A program made the translations under genes and the position numbers. A DNA stretch of 64,000 bases, taken from the IMG/VR virus record IMGVR_UViG_3300031841_005424, positions 1 through 64,000 of that record; one strand, given 5' to 3'. Under the pieces are notes generated by a model. That model did not search any database. It saw nothing but the letters and a program-made list of their open reading frames with translations, and was not told the origin of the DNA. Source of the stretch: a virus. Below, in pieces: positions 24,391-33,261 of this stretch (within the stretch, counting starts at the first letter, position 1; the number at the start of each line of letters is the position of its first letter).

Positions 24391-27300
24391 TTATGCTAAT
24401 AATTTAAACATCTTTCTAACGCTGAAGGTTGAGAACCCCCAATTCGGGTCATACTTTAGTCGTGCCATATATGGACGGTTAATATGGACCACGTCTTTGT
24501 CAGGGTCAACACCCCAGCATCTTATTGTGTTAGTCTCATTGTTGTCGTCAATAACTTTCACAACAAAGAAACTCTTTCCGTTCTTTGATTTCTTAAGCTT
24601 GCATTCTCTTGGGATAAACCAAGTTACGCCAAGCTCTGGATCATATTCAGAGATGGGTGGAATATAAAGCTCGTTAAGTTTGTTCCTTACCTCTGGGGTC
24701 ACCACAGCATTAATGGGGAACACTCCGGTCAGGCTAACCAAATATTCTAGTTTCTCTTCTTCTGTAAAGTCTCCCTCTGGAGCATAGGTTACTATGTTTT
24801 CTTCTAAGTTCTTTTGCTTCCTAGGCCGGTCGATCACGCATGCGGACCAGAAGTGTCTTAAACCAGTAAACCTATCATCTACAAGATCATTCAAAGCCTG
24901 TGCCCTACACAGTGCGTCAAGAGCCTTTTTATTCAGCTTAGAGTATCTTACCTCTTCATGAAAGAGAAACTCTTCAATCGTGTTGAAAGGTCGGTGCTCT
25001 ATAATCTGCTGAATAGCTACGTCGCCAAGTCCCTTGATTGAAGTTAGAGGCTGGACCAGGGTCTTTCCGTCTTCTGCGATATCCCACACAACCCCAGAAG
25101 TATTGACGTTTAGTGGCTCCACAGAGTATCCCATAGATTTTGCAGTTGAAATGGCTCGCTCTTTTCTTGTTTCTGGTTCCTTATCCAAAAAGGCAGCTAG
25201 CCACTCTGCAGGATAATAATTCAACAACCAAGCACACTGAAAGGACAGAATACAGTAAGATACAGCGTGAGACTTGTTAAAACCATAACCTGAAAAGTAT
25301 TCAAATTTATTCCATAGCTCTCGAGCTTCATGCGAAGCCATACCCTTCTCAAGGCAACCTTTGTGGAACTTGTCAAAGATCTTATCTTTTGCTTCCTGTA
25401 CTTCTCCCGTGCCCTTCTTGGTGAGGAGCTTTCTAAGTTTATTGCCCTCATCAAGAGAAAGGTTTTTGCCCAACTTGTGAGCCAACATAGCGATTTGCTC
25501 TTGAAAGATAAGAAAGCCATAAGTCTCTTCTGTTACTTCCCGAACAGTATCATTGAGATAGTCTACCTCATCTGGTTCTTGTTTAGCTCCAACATACATC
25601 TTATCAACACCGGCCGAGAGTGGGCCTGGACGGTAAATGCTGGTAATGGCTGCTAGATCCGTGATGTTGTTTGGTTTCGCGTTCTTGCAAAAAGATTGTG
25701 CTCCTGCCTCTGTGAATTGAAAGATTCCTGCCCACTTTCCAGAATGAAACACATTCCTCCAAACACTCTCATCAGATAGATCAATCTTGTCGGGATGAAG
25801 ATACTCGTCATAAAATTTCTTGATGTGCTCAAAAGTAGGCTTTTCTACATTGTGGTGTCGCCTGAGAATGCGATCAATGGCACCTTCGACCATCCTAAGG
25901 GAAGCCAGGCCAAGAATATCAAACTTAATGAAACCCATTGGCTCGAGATGTCTAACGTTTTGACCTTCGCTCCAAGGAGTCTGTCGAACACCACCACTGT
26001 TGATTAGGGGCATCCATTCGTTCAGGCGCTCTCCGACAACTACACCACCTGCATGACGACTGGCTGATCTTGTTTGACCATAGAGCGTCTCAACGTGGGT
26101 TTTGATGTGTGGATATTTTGTCAAAAACTTCTGCAATGTTTCTGAAAACTCCATCAATTCCTCAAAGGTCGGAGCATACACACCGGCAGTAATACCGTGC
26201 TTCTTCTTGGCAAGTGGTGTCGCTTCATGAACCATTTTGCTTGTTACATTATTGACTTCTGTAAACTCAATGCCATAGAACTTTGAGATGTCTTTAATAA
26301 GAGAACGCAGCTGTAGAGTGTTCCAGTTTGTAATCGGTACAACAGTATCGTCACCCCATTCTTCAATCAAATGTTCTTTAAGGGCCATTGGGTCCGACAC
26401 ATCGTAATCGATATCTGGATAACCTGTTCCGCCCTTTGTCAAGAATCGCTCAAACTGAAGCCCGTACTTGATTGGATCAACCTGGGTAATACCTAGGACA
26501 TAAGATACTAGCGAGCCTGCCGCAGAGCCTCGTCCGGGGCCAGCTAGCTGCTTCTCGACGGCCATGTCAGCAATTGCCTTCATCGTTAGAAAGTATTTTG
26601 AGAATCCACGATCCTCAATGACACCAACCTCATACCTAAGCCTCTCGACATATTCCTGATTGTTCTGCAGACCCAATGCTCGAAGGCCTTCGACCGAAAG
26701 GGCTGCTAAGGTCTGTCCAGCGGTTGATCCCTCTGGAACTACAAAATCTGGTAATCTCACAGTATTATCAGGTAGAAAAGCCTCAATCCTGTTGTGAGCT
26801 ATGTGGTGTGTTCTTTCAATAGATGCTCGAACCAAATTATCATCGTATTCTACACCACAAAGTTCAGAATAGTGCTTGTAACTCTCCCACATCTGATCGC
26901 CGTTCTTTGGGTAAAGTTCATAGCCGATCTCCTCAACTGACACTGGCAGCTCGTCAGAAAGATAGTCTGGCTTGCCCTTTCCTAGCCAACCTAGACGCTT
27001 GTAAAGTTCTCTATCCTTCCAAACACTCTCGTTGTAATAGTGAGAGTCCGCCGTAGAGATAAGCTCAATGCCGAATTCGTGATGCATCTGAATAATGTAC
27101 TGATTAAGTTCATGCTGTTCTGGTACGTTGTTCCACTGAAGTTCTCCGTACCATCTATCGCCAAAGACAGACTGCATCTTTTGGGTGGTCTCTCTCATCG
27201 CATCCAAGATAGCATCAGGGCCATCGTCCCTATTTTCCCAATAGTTTCCAGCATATACGCCGCCGAGACAAGCAGAAGCAGCGATGACGCCTTTATTGTA

Positions 27301-27858
27301 CTTCTTGAGTAGCGCATAATCGACACGGGGATATCGATAAAAGTGATCTCCGATATAACTGGTAGAAATCATCTTAAAGATATTTTGCAGGCCTTCCTGG
27401 TTTTGGGCCAAAAGAATTAGATGCCTTCGACGGTTCAAAATGGACTTCATCTTCTTCTTTGAAGCCTCGTTCTCAACTGTCGTACCGGATAAGCCAGCGT
27501 CGTATTCTGACTTGTTCTTTGCAGCGGCTTTGACTAACTCATATTCTTTCTTCCAATTTGCGACGGAAGGAATGAAGTACGCCTCGACGCCAAAAATAGG
27601 CTTAAACTCCTTGCCTTCTTTCTGCATCCTCTTTGCATGCAGAACCTGACCTGCAAGACCATTGGCATTTCCGTGGTCCGTGAGAGCGAGGGCGTCCATC
27701 CCGTTGTTAAACGCAAAGTCCATGTGCTCATTCGGATATCCGAGCGCATCAAAGGGAGATCCAGCCACAGAATGTGCGTGGAGCCCCACAAAAGGAATGC
27801 TTGATTTATTTCTTGACTGAGTCAATGATTGCCTCCAAATCAGCCTTAATGTACTCAA
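24391..27858 (-). CDS. dnaE: DNA polymerase III alpha subunit (probable TTG start at 27825)
   Basis: PHP HAHS/LTDHG/DSHY, GRGSAAGS, PDIDYD, HAGG, KFDILGL, FNKSH; GGAGG SD before 27825. Confidence 0.97.
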   Translation of the reverse strand: MSTLRLIWRQSLTQSRNKSSIPFVGLHAHSVAGSPFDALGYPNEHMDFAFNNGMDALALTDHGNANGLAGQVLHAKRMQKEGKEFKPIFGVEAYFIPSVANWKKEYELVKAAAKNKSEYDAGLSGTTVENEASKKKMKSILNRRRHLILLAQNQEGLQNIFKMISTSYIGDHFYRYPRVDYALLKKYNKGVIAASACLGGVYAGNYWENRDDGPDAILDAMRETTQKMQSVFGDRWYGELQWNNVPEQHELNQYIIQMHHEFGIELISTADSHYYNESVWKDRELYKRLGWLGKGKPDYLSDELPVSVEEIGYELYPKNGDQMWESYKHYSELCGVEYDDNLVRASIERTHHIAHNRIEAFLPDNTVRLPDFVVPEGSTAGQTLAALSVEGLRALGLQNNQEYVERLRYEVGVIEDRGFSKYFLTMKAIADMAVEKQLAGPGRGSAAGSLVSYVLGITQVDPIKYGLQFERFLTKGGTGYPDIDYDVSDPMALKEHLIEEWGDDTVVPITNWNTLQLRSLIKDISKFYGIEFTEVNNVTSKMVHEATPLAKKKHGITAGVYAPTFEELMEFSETLQKFLTKYPHIKTHVETLYGQTRSASRHAGGVVVGERLNEWMPLINSGGVRQTPWSEGQNVRHLEPMGFIKFDILGLASLRMVEGAIDRILRRHHNVEKPTFEHIKKFYDEYLHPDKIDLSDESVWRNVFHSGKWAGIFQFTEAGAQSFCKNAKPNNITDLAAITSIYRPGPLSAGVDKMYVGAKQEPDEVDYLNDTVREVTEETYGFLIFQEQIAMLAHKLGKNLSLDEGNKLRKLLTKKGTGEVQEAKDKIFDKFHKGCLEKGMASHEARELWNKFEYFSGYGFNKSHAVSYCILSFQCAWLLNYYPAEWLAAFLDKEPETRKERAISTAKSMGYSVEPLNVNTSGVVWDIAEDGKTLVQPLTSIKGLGDVAIQQIIEHRPFNTIEEFLFHEEVRYSKLNKKALDALCRAQALNDLVDDRFTGLRHFWSACVIDRPRKQKNLEENIVTYAPEGDFTEEEKLEYLVSLTGVFPINAVVTPEVRNKLNELYIPPISEYDPELGVTWFIPRECKLKKSKNGKSFFVVKVIDDNNETNTIRCWGVDPDKDVVHINRPYMARLKYDPNWGFSTFSVRKMFKLLA

Positions 27859-28039
27859 GGTCTTGTAATAGTGTTTCGTTGTTCTCTTCGTCTAGATATA
27901 TCCCAGAACAGAATACCCTAAAAAACAGTTGCTGGTCAAGTGCTAAGTTTCTGAAATGGAACGGCATCTTTGCCGAGTCCTTTAGATAATAGGGAACACT
28001 GTCATACAACTCTTCGATATTTGCATCTTTTAATCTCAA
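27806..28039 (-). CDS. hypothetical protein
   Basis: AGGAGA SD; fills gap. Confidence 0.5.
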   Translation of the reverse strand: MRLKDANIEELYDSVPYYLKDSAKMPFHFRNLALDQQLFFRVFCSGIYLDEENNETLLQDLEYIKADLEAIIDSVKK

Positions 28040-28048
28040 TGTTGTCTC

Positions 28049-28882
28049 CTAAATTGTAAATGGTTTTGCCATCGTTTTTGGCATTTTCTTTATGTTTAAA
28101 TCTGATTTATAAAAATTCTTTAACGAATCCCATGAGTCTAAATCATGGTACTCACTTATCTCGAGCTTTTTATCTATTACTATTTTATCATTCTTGAATA
28201 TTTTGTCAAGCGTAAAATTCTTTGCAGACCATCTTTCTGCTAACGGTATGTTTTTGTTTCCACCTGTGTTCTCTCTGTTGATATTTCTCCTAAACTCGAG
28301 CCAATCCTCTGGTGTAAAACTAAATGGTAAATATAAATTGTCTCTTACCGTTTTTCCTTCATATGAGCCATAGCACTTCTTCCCAGCTCGGATGTCTGCC
28401 CTTATAGACTTCAATGATTTTACGTCATATATGCCATAGGGGAAAGAAACATAATAACTAGTCGGCGCAACCCATCTAGAAATCTTCTTTGAGACTATAA
28501 ATGCGGTTAGGGCTCCATGCAAAACAGACCACCCTAGAGTATCTTTTCTGTTTCTATCTCTCTGGAGAACCGGCGCATAGAAAACCGGTATATATTCTTT
28601 TGATAGGTGCGGGATTCTTTTATAGCCCCAGCTGGCATATATGTCTGGGTTTAGTACATAATCTCCTATTCTTTTCTTAATAAGAGGAGCGGAGTCATCA
28701 TTGCAAATAATCCAGATTGAGTTGCACTTCATGACTGCACATTCATAAACAGAACGCTCAATGGCCGTCATACCCTCTCCCAGAGGCTGAAGACAGTCTG
28801 GCCATGGTAGATCCAGCATATCACTTCTACCTGTGATAGGAATTATGCCTGCTAAATTTCTACCTGCTGGTGCAGTGTTCAT
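28049..28882 (-). CDS. divergent nucleotidyltransferase (NTP_transferase-like fold)
   Basis: AGIIP...LPWPDCLQPLG...IERSVYEC...IWII and late DLDSW resemble sugar-nucleotidyltransferases. Confidence 0.5.
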   Translation of the reverse strand: MNTAPAGRNLAGIIPITGRSDMLDLPWPDCLQPLGEGMTAIERSVYECAVMKCNSIWIICNDDSAPLIKKRIGDYVLNPDIYASWGYKRIPHLSKEYIPVFYAPVLQRDRNRKDTLGWSVLHGALTAFIVSKKISRWVAPTSYYVSFPYGIYDVKSLKSIRADIRAGKKCYGSYEGKTVRDNLYLPFSFTPEDWLEFRRNINRENTGGNKNIPLAERWSAKNFTLDKIFKNDKIVIDKKLEISEYHDLDSWDSLKNFYKSDLNIKKMPKTMAKPFTI

Positions 28883-29651
28883 TTAATATTTCCTGTATAC
28901 TCAAAGACATAAACTTTACTTTCTCAGTGCTTTCAAATACGTTTTTGTCTATAGGTATTACGTATCTTTTGATATGTTGCACTGTTGGTTTTTTATAAAT
29001 GTCTGTGCCGTTCTTATATTTTCCTTTTTCTTTTAGTCCTTTAAATCCCATATCTTTAATAAGCTTTCTTAACTTGAATAAAACTATTGTATCAGAATAG
29101 TCGAAATCTTGCAACTGTTCTTGCCTCAGATTTGAGACGGTGACTACATCTGTGACCCACTTGGCGCCATCGATTCTCATAGAGTTGTAAAAATATGCTT
29201 GATTTAGTAGATTGTCCGAAGTTTGAACTGGATCTATGTGGGTTGTGTTTCTACCCATTCTGGATACTTTGAAATCATCTACGACCATGTAAGAATTTTC
29301 AAAGTGTTCTATTATTTTGTTTTCATGTACTACGTTCAAGGTTTCAAAGATATAACACCTTTCAAACTCAAATCTACACAAAAGATTATCACCAAACAGG
29401 CTGATAGTTTTGTCTTCTATCCTTATTTGCTTTACATCTTGGTAATCTAGGCCTTTTGCAAGGAGACCTAAGTGGAGTTTTATCTTTTGCCAGATTTGCT
29501 TTTTGTTTGTTGTACCAAATAAAGCAAAGTCATTATATTCTTCGAAAAAATAAGGCAGGTTGGGAGCACTCTGGATATGATAATGTCCGTTGAGATAAGC
29601 ATAAAGTACTGATTCTACAGAGTGTCCTATGACGACATTCTCTAAAAACAC
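28860..29651 (-). CDS. hypothetical protein with degenerate Rossmann-like N-terminus
   Basis: NVVIGHSVESVLYA resembles a VVIGxGxxG strand-helix. Confidence 0.5.
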   Translation of the reverse strand: MFLENVVIGHSVESVLYAYLNGHYHIQSAPNLPYFFEEYNDFALFGTTNKKQIWQKIKLHLGLLAKGLDYQDVKQIRIEDKTISLFGDNLLCRFEFERCYIFETLNVVHENKIIEHFENSYMVVDDFKVSRMGRNTTHIDPVQTSDNLLNQAYFYNSMRIDGAKWVTDVVTVSNLRQEQLQDFDYSDTIVLFKLRKLIKDMGFKGLKEKGKYKNGTDIYKKPTVQHIKRYVIPIDKNVFESTEKVKFMSLSIQEILNEHCTSR

Positions 29652-31855
29652 ATCTTCATCTCATCAAAGGAGGCAGGAATATACCCCACTTCATAATCAC
29701 GATCAGGAAAACTCATCAGCGCAGCTGCTTGCTCTTCGCGATTGGGGGCGCAAACTTGGTCTAATATCGTCATCAAGTTGTCGTACATCTGTTGGGCATT
29801 CGAAGTAAGATTAAAATTATTTCCTCCTGATGCGAGAGCTATTTCATCCCAACCGTAAAAAGCCAAGGCGAAAGTATATAGGGTCGTATTTGGAGACGCA
29901 GCAACAGCGGCTCGAACATCCCCCACCTGAAACCTAGGTCTCATGTAAGACTGCTCGTCCTCATCAGAAAAAACAATAATGATTCTATCCGTATTAGGTC
30001 GCCAGTTTAAAATAAAGTCGTCTTTCGGTGGCTCCGAGCCTGTACCTGGAGACCATTCTCTTTCGTTTAGTGCGACATGGCCGGGTGCCAAGTTCCTCAA
30101 AGATAACATCACCGCGTCCATTAACATCTCCATTCCGCCATCAATCTCCTCTGTATTAATGCCCATGAAAGTATTAAAGAACTGATCAAATGGAGCAATA
30201 TCCGAGATAAGGCGCAATAACTCGAACTCTGAACCCGGAAAGTCTGGGTGATCTACCCTTACTGGACCCAGGATGAGACCCCAATGAATGATATCTTCAG
30301 CCGCAAAGTGCTGACCGAAACGAGATAAAGCTGACGTCACTGCTCTGATCTCTGCATCCATGGATCCGCTAGTGTCAATGATTAGCAAAATATCTGTTTG
30401 TCTCATTTCTTCGCCAAAATCTGTTTGTCCGTCGCAATCATCATCTGCACCATTACAAATCTCCTGTTGTGGTACGGTCTCACCAGCACAAAGATCTTGA
30501 ACCCACTCTCCATCTTCGGGTGCAGCTCCCCATCTCCCTTCTTGGCAAGTTTGTTCACCAGGAGCACAAATACCCACACCTAAAGTATCTCTAGGGCCAG
30601 TATAACAAGCCTGCGACAAGCCTTCATCTATCACCTGATCGCAATCTTCATCAAAATTGTTGCAAATCTCTGAAGGGTTTGGCTGTCCTACGCGGGGATC
30701 ACAATCTTCTGGTACTTCGGGAAAGTGGGAGCAGAGCGCTCTGCACTCGCCCATTTGTAGTAGGGTACAATCAACATCCAAGCATTCACAAGTCTTAAAG
30801 CCAACGCCGCAAAGTAAAGGCTCTTCGGTGCAAGGCACCAAAACGCCAACCTGATCGGGCGTACAATCGCATTCTATTTCTTCATCGGGGGCACCGTCAC
30901 AATCATTATCCAAACCGTCACACACCTCGTCTTGTGGTTGTCTGGCTGTGCATCCGGCCCATTGAGCGCCCAAGCACACCTCAACACCTCTCTCGCAAAT
31001 AGTCTCACATTCCCTTACTAGGTTTTCGTCTGTTGCCTCGTCACAATCATTATCTATTCCATCGCATACCTCTTCTGGTAGTTCTCCGCATAAATCACAA
31101 CGGTTTCGCTGCCCTTCATCGATATCACCATCGCAATCATCGTCGATAAAGTTACAAATATCCTCACTAGGTTCGCGATTAACACAATCTACAACTACAC
31201 CGTCCCTACAAAGTGCAACGCCGGGGCCACACTCATCTTCACACAAAACCGGATCTTCATCGATCAATTCATCGCAATCGTCATCTTCTCCATTACAAAC
31301 TTCTTGTTCTCCACAATCAGTACAAGGACCATGAACAATATTCCCTTTATCACACAATACCCTTTGTCTACCTTGTCTGCCATCCTCTAGTTGGCACTCG
31401 AACCAACGCAAAAAATCCCGCGAAGAACCCGGTGGGCAATTGTGCGTAATAACACACTCACTACGATATATAATACTTGGAGGAGGACACTCTGGGTCCA
31501 CACCAAACTCACAAGGCTCTTGTTGGTCTCCGCAAATATCAATAACAACCTGCATTGAAGAAATCTCTGTTCCTCCGCTGGGTGGACAATACCATTCCTG
31601 AGTTGAGCAACATTCAGGCCGGCAAGTGCAGTACCTTTCATGGTCTAAGTTTGTAACCACGTCACAAGGCGTTAGAGATTGATCTGGTGTTCCCAAGTCT
31701 TGGGGCACAATAAACGCATAGTCAGGACCGGCATCTTTTAGCAATGCGTCCCTTCCGGAACCTATAGACGTGTCTTGTGTTATCAGCTGTTGATTTGGCG
31801 GATCATCAGAACACCCCCACAGCACAAACGCCGATAAAATAATGATTTTCTTCAT
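29642..31855 (-). CDS. Cys-rich lipoprotein with six MopE-like metal-binding repeats and a C-terminal VWA domain
   Basis: start MKKIIILSAFVLWGC (lipobox); C(N/D)xxDxDCD repeats x6; DILLIIDTSGSM MIDAS. Confidence 0.85.
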   Translation of the reverse strand: MKKIIILSAFVLWGCSDDPPNQQLITQDTSIGSGRDALLKDAGPDYAFIVPQDLGTPDQSLTPCDVVTNLDHERYCTCRPECCSTQEWYCPPSGGTEISSMQVVIDICGDQQEPCEFGVDPECPPPSIIYRSECVITHNCPPGSSRDFLRWFECQLEDGRQGRQRVLCDKGNIVHGPCTDCGEQEVCNGEDDDCDELIDEDPVLCEDECGPGVALCRDGVVVDCVNREPSEDICNFIDDDCDGDIDEGQRNRCDLCGELPEEVCDGIDNDCDEATDENLVRECETICERGVEVCLGAQWAGCTARQPQDEVCDGLDNDCDGAPDEEIECDCTPDQVGVLVPCTEEPLLCGVGFKTCECLDVDCTLLQMGECRALCSHFPEVPEDCDPRVGQPNPSEICNNFDEDCDQVIDEGLSQACYTGPRDTLGVGICAPGEQTCQEGRWGAAPEDGEWVQDLCAGETVPQQEICNGADDDCDGQTDFGEEMRQTDILLIIDTSGSMDAEIRAVTSALSRFGQHFAAEDIIHWGLILGPVRVDHPDFPGSEFELLRLISDIAPFDQFFNTFMGINTEEIDGGMEMLMDAVMLSLRNLAPGHVALNEREWSPGTGSEPPKDDFILNWRPNTDRIIIVFSDEDEQSYMRPRFQVGDVRAAVAASPNTTLYTFALAFYGWDEIALASGGNNFNLTSNAQQMYDNLMTILDQVCAPNREEQAAALMSFPDRDYEVGYIPASFDEMKMCF

Positions 31856-31907
31856 CTCTATTCCTTTGATTTTGTAGTGAATTTGGAACTGCTGCACATT
31901 GTATCTG

Positions 31908-32612
31908 TTATTCCAAGTTATATTTTCTCATATAAGCTGCCACAGACTCAGGAAAGTGCTCTTTCGCAATCTGAAGGCATGCCTTTGCAACTTGCTGTAT
32001 CTCCCATTGGGCGCCCTCATGCATTCTTAAGCCAACAAACTTCAGCAAATTGTGCAGGTTTACAGTTCCATAGTACTGAGTATACAAGTTCTGAGGTAAT
32101 ACCCCTCTTGCTTGCTCTCGGCAAACTCCAGATTTCAAAAGGGCTTCATACAGACTAATGCTTCGAGAGTGATGCATCCTTACAGCCTCTGAGGCCTTTT
32201 CAAACCCAATGGACATATAAGAAGAGTCAAGAATTGGGTTCACCATCTCATCATTACTTGCCTGTCTGTTGCTCTTGTGCTGGGTTCTAAACCCTTGAGG
32301 ACTATAAAAATCCATATCAACAGAAGTATATCGCCTACTGATCTCATTATAGGCCCAGGTTCTGTGTCGGTGGTGCTGTGATCTTATGAAAAGAGGAACC
32401 ACAAAGCGCATTGTAACAGAACAATGCTCAAATGGACTGCTGTGGTTATGCTCCATGAGATAGTTAATGAGCTTAATATCTTTTTGATCAATTTCATTCT
32501 TTTCGGTCCCAAAACTCACTCGGGCTGCATTGACGACTGTTAAGTCGCTGCCCATATGAGATATATATTCTACAGAACCAATATTGTCTCCAAAAAGATC
32601 AATTCTCATCAA
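31908..32612 (-). CDS. thyX: flavin-dependent thymidylate synthase
   Basis: AARVS, HSSPFEH, RHR-x7-SRRY, EQARGVLP, AQWEI. Confidence 0.97.
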   Translation of the reverse strand: MMRIDLFGDNIGSVEYISHMGSDLTVVNAARVSFGTEKNEIDQKDIKLINYLMEHNHSSPFEHCSVTMRFVVPLFIRSQHHRHRTWAYNEISRRYTSVDMDFYSPQGFRTQHKSNRQASNDEMVNPILDSSYMSIGFEKASEAVRMHHSRSISLYEALLKSGVCREQARGVLPQNLYTQYYGTVNLHNLLKFVGLRMHEGAQWEIQQVAKACLQIAKEHFPESVAAYMRKYNLE

Positions 32613-32934
32613 TCCCTCGCATAATACCTACAACATAATTCTCCAAAACTGTATAATAAGATTTGTCTTTAACAACAACCTCTTCGATCATTGAGGCGTC
32701 GACAACAATAACTCGTGATGTCGAAGCGGATCCTCTCAGCTGTCGCATTGCAGAAGAACAGTCTGCTGCAACATCTACAACTGTAGCCGTGACATAACGT
32801 GCTTCTTCTGGTTCAAAACCATCAGGTAGGATGACCCCGCTAGGGGTTGTGTTGTCTGTGTCCTTAGTGCCGGAATGCGGTACGATAGTCAAGTGGCGAT
32901 TAACTGGTTTAAGTACAGGTGGGATTTTAAACAT
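32599..32934 (-). CDS. GroES/gp31-like co-chaperonin
   Basis: LKPVNRHLTI...TTPSGVILPD mobile loop...ATVVDV...ENYVVGI. Confidence 0.7.
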   Translation of the reverse strand: MFKIPPVLKPVNRHLTIVPHSGTKDTDNTTPSGVILPDGFEPEEARYVTATVVDVAADCSSAMRQLRGSASTSRVIVVDASMIEEVVVKDKSYYTVLENYVVGIMRGIDEN

Positions 32935-33196
32935 TGATGGTACCTACCGCTCTCTTAAGCTTGTTGAAATAATCAGTCAGCTGCTCCATATCTGTGTCTG
33001 ACTTTACGAGTCTATAGGCTTTTACAGCGAGGCGCATCTCTTCCTTGGAAAGCCAACCATTATCGTTATAGGATTCACGAAGGTCCCTTCGTTGCTCCTT
33101 AAAAGGCTCCATTGCATCTTCGATTGCGGCGAACTCCTTCACAAAATTAGAAAGGTGCTCTTCTGTTGTTAACAACTTTTCATTATCAGAACTCAT
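32927..33196 (-). CDS. DsbA/GapR-like dsDNA-binding protein
   Basis: helical IEDAMEPFKEQRRDLRESY...G...MRLAVK pattern. Confidence 0.55.
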   Translation of the reverse strand: MSSDNEKLLTTEEHLSNFVKEFAAIEDAMEPFKEQRRDLRESYNDNGWLSKEEMRLAVKAYRLVKSDTDMEQLTDYFNKLKRAVGTINV

Positions 33197-33226
33197 GTTT
33201 TCTCCTTTATTTTAAGTTCTATATAA

Positions 33227-33255
33227 ATAATAGTTCATTGTATCATGTTTGTCAA
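33227..33255 (-). promoter_or_regulatory. sigma70-type promoter
   Basis: TTGACA-N17-TATTAT. Confidence 0.7.
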
Positions 33256-33261
33256 TAGCTT

